A stretch of DNA of 64,000 bases from a virus. The translations under genes and the position numbers were made by a program. The notes below the pieces were generated by a model, which saw only the letters and a list, made by a program, of their open reading frames with translations, had not been told where the DNA came from and searched no databases. Shown piece by piece: positions 18,312 to 30,469 of this stretch (position 1 is its first letter; each line of letters begins with the position of its first letter). The DNA is taken from the UHGV virus genome UHGV-0057547; one strand, 5' to 3'.

Positions 18312-18770
18312 ATGACACCTGTTTCAAACATATATGCAAGAATATCAGTTCTTATTGAGGATTCGAGATATTGCAAAATATCTGATGAAGAAATTGAGTT
18401 TATATTTGAAAAATATATAGAAACTGCAATTGTTCTTTTTAAAGAATTAAATAAAAAATATAAACCTAGAGTAGTTGAAGATGAATTTGGTGAAAAATTT
18501 ATTAAGAAAACTATAAATTCTGATGATGAAGATTTAGATTTAGATGAAGAAGTTATATTGGCTCATGGTATGATAATATCATGGCATAATAGTGTAGTTC
18601 TTAGAGATAGATTCTTAAAACAAAACCTTAATACAAGCGATTTCCAACAATTATCTAATGCTACAATGTTAGCTAATAATGAAGTTTTACATGAAAGAAT
18701 TGAAAAAGATTTCATTAAAATGAGGATAAGATACAGAAATAGAGATTGGTCAGGTGATGGATTTGAATAA
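18312..18770 (+). CDS. hypothetical protein (head-tail connector module)
   Basis: ATG 18312 is 7 nt after GGAGGTG. The listed GTG at 18303 lies inside the SD. Confidence 0.4.
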   Translation: MTPVSNIYARISVLIEDSRYCKISDEEIEFIFEKYIETAIVLFKELNKKYKPRVVEDEFGEKFIKKTINSDDEDLDLDEEVILAHGMIISWHNSVVLRDRFLKQNLNTSDFQQLSNATMLANNEVLHERIEKDFIKMRIRYRNRDWSGDGFE

Positions 18771-19734
18771 TAAAGATTATCTTCAAATATTTAGAAGAAG
18801 AATGTATACTAATAGAGTTTGTAATCCATCAGAAGCAGGAACACAGGAAGCGAGAGAAACCTTCGATGATTTAATAGATAATAAACTTGCACCAACTGTA
18901 CATACAGTTCCTTATGTAAAAAGAGAGAATGTTGGAAAGAGTACTAAAGATTGTGAAATCAATGTTTTAGTTGAAGATACTTCTAAGAATGACCAAAAAA
19001 CTAATGATGAAAAATATTTTAGCTTTAAATGGGATATGGATGTTAATAGTGGAGATATATTATTTTGGCATGGACTATGGTGGGTAATGTATCATGAAGA
19101 AAAGAAAGCCGTATTATCACATAAAACTTTTACAGCTAAAAAATGTAATTTTTCATATGCATTTGATTTTCATGGAAAAAGATATATCATACCAATGTTA
19201 GTAACAAACTTAACACTATATAGTGATGGTTTAAAAGACAAGGTTTATATGTCTAATGAAGATGGTAAAAGAAGATTAACTTTTACAGATAATGAATTAA
19301 CAAAACCACTTGATTGTGGTCTTAAAATAATGGTTAGTGGTAAAGTCTTTGAAATTACTCATATAGATGATTTCAGTAGACCAGGTGTAAAAGATTGTAT
19401 TGTCGGACAAATTTTTTCAACATCACTGGATGATAAAAAGAATAATCATGCTTATAATAAAGTAAATGATGAAGTTGATGAAAGTGGAATTATAGGTCTT
19501 GATTATATATATTTAGGTGGTAATGAAGTTTATACAACAAATCATGAAGTTATCAGATGGGAAATAGAAGCCAAAGATAACTGTGTTTACATAGATACTA
19601 AATACAATGGTAAAGGTTGTAGGATAATTTGTACGGATGATATTGATTATATAGGCACTAAGGTTAAATTAAAAATAATAAGAAGAAATCAAGAAGATAT
19701 AGTTAAAGAAATTTTAGTGAAGGGGATGTTTTAG
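18757..19734 (+). CDS. hypothetical protein (head-tail joining module)
   Basis: ATG 18757 overlaps the previous stop, suggesting translational coupling. Confidence 0.4.
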   Translation: MDLNNKDYLQIFRRRMYTNRVCNPSEAGTQEARETFDDLIDNKLAPTVHTVPYVKRENVGKSTKDCEINVLVEDTSKNDQKTNDEKYFSFKWDMDVNSGDILFWHGLWWVMYHEEKKAVLSHKTFTAKKCNFSYAFDFHGKRYIIPMLVTNLTLYSDGLKDKVYMSNEDGKRRLTFTDNELTKPLDCGLKIMVSGKVFEITHIDDFSRPGVKDCIVGQIFSTSLDDKKNNHAYNKVNDEVDESGIIGLDYIYLGGNEVYTTNHEVIRWEIEAKDNCVYIDTKYNGKGCRIICTDDIDYIGTKVKLKIIRRNQEDIVKEILVKGMF

Positions 19735-19737
19735 AAT

Positions 19738-20238
19738 ATGGCATTATATGGTTATACGAATAAAGTGTTAGCTGAGATTCATGCACATTTATTAAAACAC
19801 CCTGAGCTAACAAAATTCTTATATTATACTGATAATGAATATAAAGAAAAAGATATATTAGAACAAGAAAAACCAAAAGTTAGTGATATAGCAAATAAAA
19901 AGATATTCATGTATAAAAGAGTAGAAGAAACAGTTAAAGATGCTGGTGCTTATATGTTTATAGATGTATATAGAATTACTCCTACAACAATTGGGGGTAA
20001 AATTAGAGAAGTAACTTTTACAGTAGATATATTAGTTCATCAAGATTGTGTTGATACAATGCATGGTAATAGAGCAATTTGTATATTAAGTGCCTTAGAA
20101 GAAGCATTAGGTGAATATGTGAAAAAACATTCCATTGGTTCTATTGATTTAATTAGGGTCGCTCCTATATTAGGTATAATTAAACAATTCACCGGATACC
20201 AAATGCAATTCAGAGCCTATGGATTTAATGGAGATTAA
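19738..20238 (+). CDS. hypothetical protein (possible tail terminator/adaptor)
   Basis: Position and size only. Confidence 0.35.
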   Translation: MALYGYTNKVLAEIHAHLLKHPELTKFLYYTDNEYKEKDILEQEKPKVSDIANKKIFMYKRVEETVKDAGAYMFIDVYRITPTTIGGKIREVTFTVDILVHQDCVDTMHGNRAICILSALEEALGEYVKKHSIGSIDLIRVAPILGIIKQFTGYQMQFRAYGFNGD

Positions 20239-20241
20239 TAT

Positions 20242-21066
20242 ATGAAAAAGGTAAAGGAAGAAAAATTATATTTTGGTATACCTATAAAGTTTAATGATGA
20301 AGTTACTTTATATCAACCAACTTTAAAAGATATAATTTATAGTGACTTATCTTTTGAAGCTTTAGTAGAACCATTTATGTCTTTAGATAAAAGAAATTTT
20401 GAATCAGAAGAAGAAAATAGTGAATTAGAAAATTTTGATATGTTTTTTATTCAAATATTTACTTCTTATCTATCTGTGCTTAAAAATGGTGAAAGTATCA
20501 CTTTGCAAGAATGGTTAGATTCAGAACTCTCTAAAGGCTTGGTACTTAATAGACTTGTAAAAGTTATTAAATTTTTGTTCAAGACTGATGATGTTCAAGT
20601 TTCAATGTGTGAAAATATCATTGATAAATTGGATGATAACTATATTTTAATCAATAAGTCTTATAAAATAAATAGAAGTAACTATGAGGACTTTAAATGG
20701 ATAATCTGTGATATATTTGATACAGATATGAAAGTAGAAAAGAAACGCCCTCAAACTGAAGAAGAAGATGAACTTGCTAAAAGATTCGCTAAGAAGAAAG
20801 CAAGTTATGAGAAACAATATGGTAGAGAGGCTAGAGAAGGTAAAAATAAAGACCATTTAACAATTTATACTCTAGTTAACTACATAGTAAATAATAAAAA
20901 TTCTCAATATACTTATGAGAGTATACAAAATTTAACAATATATCAAATTAAAAACACTTTCAAATATTATCAAAATCAAGAAAGTTATGATATAGATATC
21001 AGATATAGAACCAGTGGTAATTTTAAAGTAGATAAACAAAGTGAACATTGGTTCTTTGATAAATAA
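20242..21066 (+). CDS. hypothetical protein
   Basis: Tightly packed with the preceding gene. Confidence 0.35.
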   Translation: MKKVKEEKLYFGIPIKFNDEVTLYQPTLKDIIYSDLSFEALVEPFMSLDKRNFESEEENSELENFDMFFIQIFTSYLSVLKNGESITLQEWLDSELSKGLVLNRLVKVIKFLFKTDDVQVSMCENIIDKLDDNYILINKSYKINRSNYEDFKWIICDIFDTDMKVEKKRPQTEEEDELAKRFAKKKASYEKQYGREAREGKNKDHLTIYTLVNYIVNNKNSQYTYESIQNLTIYQIKNTFKYYQNQESYDIDIRYRTSGNFKVDKQSEHWFFDK

Positions 21067-21107
21067 AATATAAAATAATAAAATAATTAAAAGAAAGGTG
21101 ATTACAA

Positions 21108-21253
21108 ATGGCTACACTATTTGCTATAAAAGATGCAATAGATTTAAAAATAACTAAAAAAGGTGAATCAGCAGTTTTCACTACAATAGACTACTTAAAT
21201 GAATGTCAAATACAAATGGACTCAGAACAAGTATATGCTCTTAAAAAAGGAGT
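21108..21253 (+). CDS. major tail protein, exon 1
   Basis: ATG 21108 with SD AAAGGTG. Ends AGGAGT with P1-like hairpin GGAGTAATTTGCTCC. Confidence 0.5.
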
Positions 21254-22596
21254 AATTTGCTCCCTATGTAAGTAAATTGCATAGCAAATCCTTTTAATTG
21301 CTGGAAACTCCTAAAGCCTTGCAAACCACAACGCAACTTGAAAAAGTAAACGTGATGGTGACGAAAGTAGAAAAAATTGTAAGGATTACCCAAGGTTAAA
21401 TCCTAAAGGTGAATGAATGGACAATCAGCAGGTAAGATTTATATTTATTTTACTTTACTTTTAATAATTAATTTCGTATAATTTAAGTAAATGGAGGTGG
21501 TAGATATAAAATGGACAGAAGATAGAATTAAAGAATATGTTGAAAATCAAGGATATACTTATATAAAAAGAATTGAAGGAAAAGCAAGTATGTCGATTAT
21601 AGAAGTTTGGTGTGGAAATCTTAATCATAAATCTTATAGGGTTATGTTTAAAAATTTTAAAGGTAATAAAGCAAAAAAACCAACAAGATGCCCATATTGT
21701 AGTAAAAATAAAAAATTAACCATTGAAGAAGTAAGAGTATTTGTTGAAAAATATGATTTTAGTTTATTATCTGTAGAATATATTAATAATAGAACTCCAT
21801 TAACACTACAATGTAAAAATGGACATATATTTTCAATAAGATTAGATAATTTTAAACAAAGTTTAAAATGTCCAATGTGTTATAGACATTATGGTGCTTA
21901 CACCGAAGATGAAGTTAAGCAATACCTTGAAAGTTTTGGTTATGAATTACTGAATAAATATATAGATATACATAAAAAAATAATAATTAAATGCCCTAAA
22001 GGTCATATTTATAAAACTTCATTTAATAGTTTTAAAAATAATGGAACTAGATGTTCTATTTGTAGAAAATCAAAAGGTGAAGAAAAAATATCTAAAACAT
22101 TAAAAGAATTAAAAATAAAATTCATAAGTCAATTTGTATTCGATGATTGTCAATATAAAACATATCTTCCATTTGATTTTTATTTACCTGAATATAATAT
22201 ATTAATTGAATACGATGGGATTCAACACTATGAACCTGTAGACTTTGGTGGTAAAGGAAATGAATGGGCAAATAAACAACTCGAATTAACAAAAATAAAA
22301 GACAATATAAAAACACAATATTGTGAAAATAATAATATAAAACTTATAAGAATATCTTATTGGGAATTTGATAGCATAGAAAATATATTAAGTAAAGAGT
22401 TAAAAGTAAGAAAATAAATATGAATAAACTTCAACGACTATTCCGTAAGGAAGTAAAGCCACAAGCTATTGGTGGAAGAAATGGAGGATACCTAGAAATA
22501 GGTAGTGATATAGTCTGTTCTCATGTGAAAGCATGAGCAGTTTATATTGAATGAGTATAAACGATGTATGTGTAGCGAACATATGTGAACACAAAG
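21254..22596 (+). mobile_element. group I intron (family A) with homing endonuclease gene; major tail protein intron 1
   Basis: P 21295-21306. Q 21423-21432. ORF 21491-22417. R 22429-22440. S 22507-22516. Terminal hairpin ATGTATGTGTAGCGAACATAT then GAACACAAAG| at 22596. Confidence 0.75.
21491..22417 (+). CDS. intron-encoded homing endonuclease (Zn-ribbon modules + Vsr-like nuclease); start ambiguous
   Basis: The listed ATG is part of the SD ATGGAGGTGG. The likely initiation is about 21497-21506 (GTG or ATA). C-terminal block YLPFDFYLPEYNILIEYDGIQHYE...KLIRISYWEFDSIENILSKEL. Confidence 0.55.
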   Translation: MEVVDIKWTEDRIKEYVENQGYTYIKRIEGKASMSIIEVWCGNLNHKSYRVMFKNFKGNKAKKPTRCPYCSKNKKLTIEEVRVFVEKYDFSLLSVEYINNRTPLTLQCKNGHIFSIRLDNFKQSLKCPMCYRHYGAYTEDEVKQYLESFGYELLNKYIDIHKKIIIKCPKGHIYKTSFNSFKNNGTRCSICRKSKGEEKISKTLKELKIKFISQFVFDDCQYKTYLPFDFYLPEYNILIEYDGIQHYEPVDFGGKGNEWANKQLELTKIKDNIKTQYCENNNIKLIRISYWEFDSIENILSKELKVRK

Positions 22597-22651
22597 ATAA
22601 CTATATATCATTCTCAAGTGGTAGAACAGGAACATTAACAATGAACTGTAA
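22597..22651 (+). CDS. major tail protein, exon 2 (about 55-nt micro-exon; 3' boundary approximate)
   Basis: Reads (V)NYISFSSGRTGTLTMNC(N). An in-frame TAG at 22653 forces a donor before it. It lies between two introns. Confidence 0.4.
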
Positions 22652-23026
22652 CTAGTACAGCGTATGTAAAGAAATTTACATAGGACACAACCTTAAAACC
22701 AGTAACTCCTAAAGCTCAACAACTACAACAAAGGATAGAATCAGAAACCTTTGTGAATGTGAGGAAACTCTGAAACAATAGTTGAGATGATATATGGCGA
22801 GAGCCTAAGTATTGTAACAATGGATGTTTGGTCGCCAAACTTAGAAATAAGAAGGTCAAACGACTATGATTTGAAAGAATCATAAAGCCTCAAGCGAATG
22901 GAGGAAGAAATGGGTTGCCCCTAACAGATAATGCTGAGGGTGAAGAAATAGTCTAGTCACTCTAGGAAACTAGGTGCTTAGAATTGACTAAGGTTTATAA
23001 GTTGCGATTATAAATAAATATTAACG
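22652..23026 (+). mobile_element. group I-like intron (divergent family A subtype), ORF-less; major tail protein intron 2
   Basis: Degenerate P AAAACCAGTAACTCC at 22695-22709. R GGTCAAACGACTATG at 22854-22868. S GAAGAAATAGTCTAG at 22941-22955. The 3' terminal block GTGCTTAGAATTGACTAAGGTTTATAAGTTGCGATTATAAATAAATATTAACG| is shared with the elements ending at 84 and 41131. Confidence 0.6.
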
Positions 23027-23381
23027 TCAAGTAATGGATGAAGACTTCTTATGTATGATGCTTGGTGCTACTAAAGGTGCAGATGGTAAAATATCTGTAA
23101 CATCTTCAGTTCCAAACCAAAGTTATACAGCAGAAGGTACTTTCAGAACTACTTCATTAAATGGAGACCAATACAAAAAAATAAAATTCTACAACTTAAA
23201 AGCACAAGTTTCAGCTGACTTAACTTTATCTGCTTCTGATGTTTCTGAATTCTCATTAGTATTAGATATAATGGCTGACGATGCTGGTAAAATATTAGAT
23301 ATAGAAAACACTGCTGGTGGAGTATCTGCTGGATTTAATGAACCTGAAATTGTTTCTATAAAAGCTAAAGCTGATAAATAA
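23027..23381 (+). CDS. major tail protein, exon 3
   Basis: The frame is open from 23025. MMLGATKGADGK... resembles siphovirus major tail proteins. Followed by a strong terminator. Confidence 0.5.
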
Positions 23382-23402
23382 TTAAATATATACTTGATAA
23401 AT

Positions 23403-23438
23403 GGTGAGAGATAACTACTATCTCTTACCATTTTTTTT
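23403..23438 (+). terminator. rho-independent terminator after the major tail protein
   Basis: GGTGAGAGAT / ATCTCTTACC 10-bp stem with a 7-nt loop, followed by T8. Confidence 0.8.
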
Positions 23439-23484
23439 ATGCCCCAATAGTCTTATTTTAGATATGTAAAATAAAAAGAAGGAG

Positions 23485-24039
23485 ATGATTTTTGTGGATA
23501 GATTAGCATTCACAAGCGATTTAATCGCAGATGATATAAGATGTAAATTAAAAGTTATAAGCAAAGAGGATGGTGAACCTAGTTACATAACTATATGGAA
23601 CATCAAAGGTGATAGAAGACAAGAAGTATTAAATGAATTAAACACTATTATGGAATTACATAATGAAGATGATGAAAAATTATTTAATATGTTTTATACT
23701 AGTCTTATTTTAGAATTCACTGATTTAGTAATAGATACAGATGATGTATTATTTTTATTAAATGATAGCACATTAACTGGAAAAATGTTAATGCAAGAAT
23801 TTAATGATATGATATATGAAATACAATATGAAATAGCTATGGATAACTTACAACAAACTAGAAATTTAGCTATGGCTTTAATAGCTAAGTCTACAATAGA
23901 TGAAATGAATTATGCACAAGAAAGAGTAGACCGTGCTAAAGATAAAAGAGATAAGAATATTTTTATAGATTTAGAAAAAGAAAAAAGAGAAAAACATCTT
24001 GCCTGTAAAAGAAAAGGAAATAAAAAATATAGAAAATAG
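23485..24039 (+). CDS. hypothetical protein in tail assembly chaperone position (start ATG 23485 or GTG 23494)
   Basis: Lies between the major tail and tape measure genes. Ends in-frame with the next ORF, separated only by TAG and one codon. Confidence 0.4.
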   Translation: MIFVDRLAFTSDLIADDIRCKLKVISKEDGEPSYITIWNIKGDRRQEVLNELNTIMELHNEDDEKLFNMFYTSLILEFTDLVIDTDDVLFLLNDSTLTGKMLMQEFNDMIYEIQYEIAMDNLQQTRNLAMALIAKSTIDEMNYAQERVDRAKDKRDKNIFIDLEKEKREKHLACKRKGNKKYRK

Positions 24040-24042
24040 GAT

Positions 24043-24468
24043 GTGATTGAATTGGTTTTTGATTCAATGGAGCAACTAGAAGCATATGTATTAAAGGCAA
24101 TGGATGATTGTGCTAAATTAAGTGCAAAAAAAATGTTAGACATAATGACAGATGAATTAGAAAATAGAATTTATAATAATTATTCACCTAACCTATATGT
24201 AAGAACAGGTGATTTGATGAATACACCTCAAATAATTTCTGCTGATTCAACTGGAATGCATACTGAATTTGTAGATAATGGTGGTTGGTTTAGTTTAGTA
24301 AGTGCAACAAAAGGGCAACATTTCTTTGCTTTAGAAGGATTAGAAGGTGGTCATTCTTGGGGAAGAGAAGCAACAAATGCTTACCCATTTGCTTACACTA
24401 GATGTCTTTCTGAAATACCCGACTATTATAGAAGTTGTTTAGTGGCATTTGGGATACCAATAGTTTAA
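24043..24468 (+). CDS. hypothetical protein in tail assembly chaperone position
   Basis: GTG start in the same frame as 23485-24039, immediately after its TAG. Confidence 0.35.
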   Translation: MIELVFDSMEQLEAYVLKAMDDCAKLSAKKMLDIMTDELENRIYNNYSPNLYVRTGDLMNTPQIISADSTGMHTEFVDNGGWFSLVSATKGQHFFALEGLEGGHSWGREATNAYPFAYTRCLSEIPDYYRSCLVAFGIPIV

Positions 24469-24502
24469 TCAATCTATTAATAAGAAAGAGTGGTGGTAAT
24501 TT

Positions 24503-27500
24503 GTGAGTGAATTTGATATAAGAATTGGTACGCAACTAGATACTAGTAAAGCGTTACAACAATTGATGGAATTCGTCAAAAAATATGACAATAAAGAAAA
24601 GATAAATATAGACATAGGCCAAACAAAAGGTGCTAATAACATAAAAAACACAACCAAAGCTATGAAAGAAATGCAAAAGATAGCTAAGGCGTTAGGAAGC
24701 ACAAAGATTGACATAGGTGGCAATATAGGTAAGGCTACTGGTGAAGCTACTAAATCATTAGAAAATAGTATAGACAAACAAGCCAAATCTATTGCCAAAA
24801 TAACTAGTAATGCACAAAGAGATTTAACTAAAGATGCTCAAAAAGGTATTGGGAATAGTCTTAAAGGTATCAATGCAGAAATGAAAGATACCCAAAGAAA
24901 TGTCGAGAGAATGATTAGTACTCTTGAACGAGCTAAGAAAGTTGAATTAATAGACCAAAAAGGTTTAGATGAAGGGTTAGCTAAATTAAAAGATATGAAA
25001 GCTAATCTTAATATAGGTAATATTGACAATGTAGAAAAAAAATTAGGGGAAGTAGCAAGTGACTATAAGAAATTAATGACAGATGCAACTAAGGAAGCAT
25101 TTAATAATGTTGAAGTATCAGGGTTATTAGAAGACTTAAAAGTTGTCAGAGAAGCTATGTCAGCTAAAAACATGGATTTAAGTGGTGTTGATACTTTAAT
25201 TTCTAAAGCTAAACAACTTACTTCTTTAAGTGTTGACCAAATGTTACAACAGTACAAAGAATTAAGACAAGTATTTAGTAAAGAATTAAAGATACCATTA
25301 GGTTTAAGTGGCATAATGAACGCTGAAACTGCAATTAAAAATGTTCTAGATTATAAAAACAAACTAACTGCTAAAGTTTCAGTTGAAACAAATTCAGAAC
25401 AAATAGATATTTTAAAAGATAAAATAATAAGATGTGATGAAGTTGTTGAACAACTTAGAGGAGATTTAAACTTAGTAGGTAGAAGTACAGCATTAAATTT
25501 AATGGAACAAGCTAATGAAAGAGAATTAGATACATTAAGCGCTAAATTAAAAAAATGTAAAAATGATTATGCTAGTTTAGAAAAAGAAAGAGAAAGATTA
25601 AATAAAGATAGTAGATACCTTGGAACAGAAGATTTAAACAACATAGAGAAACAATCATTAGCCATAAAGAAAAACCTTGATAGTTTAAATGTTGGAAATT
25701 TAAATACTGATAAAATAAATAAAGTTACTGGTGACATAGATAATTTAAGAAAAACAATAGAATCAACTGGTAATTCAGCTAAAAAATTAGATATAGAAGC
25801 AACAGTTAAAGTAGATATGAAAAATGCTCAAGACCAATTAAATGGTATGTATTCTGCTTTAATAAAATCTAATAAATCTACCGTAATGGTTAAAAAATAT
25901 AAAGATGAATTAGAAGGATTATTTGATTTATCTAAGACTAACCCAGGTGTAGCACTAGACAAAATAAGTGGTTTTATAGAAAAAGTAAATAAAGAAGCCA
26001 AGAATAAAGGTTTAGGTAAAATAACTGGTGGTTTAGACCAATACAAACAATACTTAAAAGATTATGAATCATTAGTTAAAAAAGCTAGTGGTACTACTGA
26101 TATTGGTTTTGCAAAAGCTTACAAATCAGAAGTTACACAAATAGAAAAAGCATTAGACCAATTAGAAAGTGGATTTAACCAAACTCAAAAATCTATGGCT
26201 AAATCTTTGAGATTAGAGTCAATTAATAAGAATACTCAAGAATTTATTAATCAAGTTGAGAAATCTATTAAGAAAACTCAAGAATATAAAAAAGAATTAC
26301 AAACTCTTAATAATGATATAAATTTTGATGGTCTTACTTCTAAATTAGGTCAAAAAGTCAAAGAAGAATTTGACGGAATGATTAATAAAACTAATCAATT
26401 AGAAAAAAGACTTGGCAATATGTTATCATCAGGTAACATAAATACTACTGAACTATCTAAGTTAAAATCAGAACTTGAAAGTACTTTTTCCGGACTTTCT
26501 AAACTTAAGGATACTAGTATAAAAATTAAAACTGATGAAACTGTATCAGGACTTAATAAAATCAAAAAAGATTTAGAAACATTAGGACAAGATACTAGTC
26601 AAATAGAAAGAGTTATTAACGCATTAAAAGAACTTAAAGCCAATTTCAATGGTGGTACAGCAGGTTATAAAGAATTAGCCAATGGAATAAAATCTATTGG
26701 AAAAGATAATAACTTAGAAAAACTAAATAGTTCTTTAGAAAAATCAGTTAAGAAATTTAATAACTTAGCTAAAGCTGTCGGAGAACTAAAGGTTAAAAAT
26801 ATAGGTAATATAGACCAAGGTGCTTTTCAATCTTTAGATAGTCAAGTTGCACGAATACAATCTCATATAGAAGGTTTAAATAAAAATGATATATCTTTAA
26901 TAGATGTTAAAAAAGTTGAAGCAGAAGTAAATGAATTAAGCAACTGTGTAGAAAAAATGAGTAGTGAATTAACTCAATATAGTAAATATTTGGAAGAATA
27001 TAAAAGATTATCTAGTCAAGCAGGTAAAACAAATGATGTTAATTTAGCTACAAAATATCAACAAGAAGCAGAAGGTATAAAAGGTGTATTAACTCAATTA
27101 GAAAGTGAGTTTACACAAGCTCAAAAATCTATTGCTCAAGGATTAAAAACTGATGCTTTCTCTAATGCTAATGAAAAAATGTCTTCTGAAATTAATAAAT
27201 CAATTAAAACAGTTGATAATCTTAAAGAAAAACTTAATACATTAGATAAAGATGTACATTTTGAAAATATGACATCTGAATTAGGTAAAGAATTAAATAG
27301 TCAATTTGATACTTTAGCTAATAAAGGTGAAGAATTAAAAGATAAATTAAATAAAATATTAGCATCTGATAACGTAGATATTTCTGCTTTAAGTAAAATT
27401 AAAAAAGAAATAAGCGAATTTGCAAGTGAAGTTAATAATTTAAAAAATTCTGCAATGGATAATGTTATTAGAGAATCTTTTGATAACATTAAAATACCTA

Positions 27501-29631
27501 ATTTAAATAAACAACTAGAAGCCGTTAAAGATTTAATGTCACTTAAAAATATGGACACTAGTGGTATAGATACTTTAATAGAAAGAACTAAAAAATTATC
27601 AAGTTTAAGCGTAGATAAAATAGGTCAAGAGTTTAAGGAAATACAAAATGCACTTGGTAAAGAAATTAATTTACGTTTAGGTTCTAGTGGTATCAAAGAT
27701 ATAGAATCTGCATTAAAAGTTATATTACAATATAGAAATGAATTAAAAAATAAAATAGCAGTTGAAACAGATTCGTCAAAAGTAAAAGACCTTAATAACC
27801 AATTAGAAAAAACTGAGAATATAATAGAAAAGCTTAAAGGTCAAACTAGTGGTGGACTTGGTGCAAGTTTAATTAGCGATGCTAATAATAATAACTTAAA
27901 ACAATTAGAAGATACTGCTAATGGATTAGAGAAAACATTCTCTAATTTAGAAAATGAAGTAAATAAATTAAACAGCGAAGCATTGAATAAGGTTGACATA
28001 AGTCAATTAAGGGAAATGAATGAAGTTGTTAATGATGTAAAGAAAAATTTAGCATCTATTGGAGAAGGAAATGTTAATGTTGATTCAATAAATAAAACAG
28101 CACAAGATATAGAAAAATTAAAAAGACTAATAGAAAACACTAAAAAGACAATTAGTGATATGAAATTAGAAGTTTCATTTAATATTAAATCAAATGAAGC
28201 AGAACAATATTTAGCAGGTTTTGAATCAGCTTTATTAAGATTAGGTAAATCAACTAGTGGAATAAATGATTTAAAAAGTGAATTTGAAAGTATAAAAAAT
28301 TCAGCTAACGGAAATTTAAGTAGTGCCATAAAAATGATTGATGACTTTATTAATAAATTAAAACAAATGGGTAGCAAACAAGGTCTAGGTAATATAAGTG
28401 GTACTATATCTCAATATAAACAATATGCTAAAGAATTACAACAAGCTATGAGTGGAGCATTGAAATCTAGTGGTTCTGATACAGCTAAAGGATTTGAACA
28501 ACAAGCTGATAGAATAAAAAATGCTATGCAACGTTTAACTTCAAGTTTCAAAGAATCACAAAGAGAATCGGCTAATGCTTTTAACAGTAGTTCATTTAGT
28601 GGTTTTTCTTCTAAATATGAAGCTGAAATAAATAAAGTTGAAAAAAGTATAAACAGATTTAAATCATCAATGCAAAATTTAGATAAAGCTGTAAACTTCA
28701 AAAGTTTCCAAAGTGATGTAGGTAGAGGTTTATCTGAACAATTTGACCAAATAATGGCGAAAGCCGAACAATTAAGAGATAAACTAAAGAGTGCATTATC
28801 TTCAGGTACATTTGATATAAGTGAAATAAATAGAATAAAAGATGAATTAAAACAAGTTGAACAAGAAGCAGATTCATTAAAACAAAAATCTATTGTATTG
28901 AAATGTGCCGAAAGTATATCTGAATTAGAAAAGCTTAGTAGTAAACTAAGAGATATAGGTGGAGATACATCACAAATAGACAGATTAAGAGATGAATTTG
29001 TTTCACTTGGTTCAGGTATAAAAGAGGGTACTGCTGGAATAGATGATGCAATTTCTAAACTGAAATCTTTATCTTCGGAAGCACAAAGAACTTTTAGTTC
29101 TTTTGAATCATCTACTGGTAAAATAGGTTCTTTTGGTTCTAAAATACAAGGTTTCTTTGGTTCTATTAAGGATTCATTTAGGAATTTTACTATTGGTGAA
29201 TTAATGGCTGATGGTATAAATCAAGCTGTTTATCAAATAAAAGATACTATATCAGGTTTAGATGAAGCAATGTCCGAATTTAAAAGGGTTGCTCCTGATA
29301 ACTTTAGTTTAAACACATCTAACTTACAAAGTGTTGCTAATGAAGCAAGAGAAATAGGTATTAGTGTTGGGCAATCAGTAGAAGATGTTATCACTGGAAT
29401 GAGTACTGCATTACAAGCTGGTGCAGGCGACATTAAAACAGCTTCTGAAATAGCTAAAAGTTCTGCTATATTCCAAAATGTTACAGATATGGATGCAAAA
29501 AGTGCCTCAAAAGCTATTTCTTCAATGGTTAACCAATATTATGATATGGATTCAGCATTAAATCAAGTTGACCACGGTGTAGGTAAATCTGTAAAAGGAT
29601 ACAATAACTTAACTGAAGCGATGGATTTGGT
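24503..29631 (+). CDS. tape measure protein, exon 1 (N-terminal coiled-coil repeats)
   Basis: GTG 24503 is 7 nt after SD GAGTGGTGG. About 1710 aa of repetitive coiled-coil. Ends ...TTGGT before the family B element. The listed stop at 29663 is inside the intron. Confidence 0.55.
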
Positions 29632-29709
29632 AATTGATTTGCCGTTTATATTAGAAATAATATAAATTATTAGAGGGCAAAATCGGTGAAGACTAAATAT
29701 TTTAATTTA

Positions 29710-29738
29710 TTTACTTTTAATAAAAAATATGGTATAAT
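29710..29738 (+). promoter_or_regulatory. intron-internal sigma70-like promoter
   Basis: TTTACT 29710-29715, 17-nt spacer, TATAAT 29733-29738, SD GGAGGGG, ATG 29762. Confidence 0.5.
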
Positions 29739-29761
29739 AATATAAAATAGGAGGGGATATA

Positions 29762-30469
29762 ATGAGAAGATTGAGTTATGAATATGTAAAAGAGTATATA
29801 GAAAATTTTGGTTATAAATTATTATCAAAAGAATATAAAAACAATAAAACTGAATTAGAAATACAATGTAATGATTGTGGGAATATATTCCATATGAGAT
29901 TTAACAATTTTAAAGATGGTAAACATAGATGTGAATGTAAGAGCAAACCATTAGTTTTGACATATGAATATGTTAAAAATTATATTGAATCATGTGGATA
30001 TAAATTATTATCAAAAGAATATAAAAATAATGCAACCTATTTATTGGTTTGGTGTGGAAATCCTAATCACAAACCTTATAAAGTTAAATTTAATAATTTT
30101 AAAGATTGTAATAGTAGATGTCCTGAATGTAATACAACTTCAAAAGGTGAAGAAAAAATAAAAGAAATTCTAATAAAATATAATATAAAATTTAATCAAC
30201 AATATTTATTTAATGATTGTAGAAATACAAGACCACTTCCATTTGATTTTTATTTACCACAGTATAATATTACAATAGAATATGATGGGAGACAACATTA
30301 TAAATTAGATTGTTTTAATATGAATTTATTAGATTTAATGAATTTGAAATATAATGATAATAAAAAAACACAATATTGCAATAATAATAATATAAAACTT
30401 ATAAGAATACCATATTGGGATTTTAATAATATAGAAAAAATACTTAAAAAAGAATTAAAAGTAAATTGA
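29762..30469 (+). CDS. intron-encoded homing endonuclease (3 Zn-ribbon modules + Vsr-like nuclease)
   Basis: Same family as 2392. C-terminal block PLPFDFYLPQYNITIEYDGRQHYK...KLIRIPYWDFNNIEKILKKEL. Confidence 0.6.
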   Translation: MRRLSYEYVKEYIENFGYKLLSKEYKNNKTELEIQCNDCGNIFHMRFNNFKDGKHRCECKSKPLVLTYEYVKNYIESCGYKLLSKEYKNNATYLLVWCGNPNHKPYKVKFNNFKDCNSRCPECNTTSKGEEKIKEILIKYNIKFNQQYLFNDCRNTRPLPFDFYLPQYNITIEYDGRQHYKLDCFNMNLLDLMNLKYNDNKKTQYCNNNNIKLIRIPYWDFNNIEKILKKELKVN

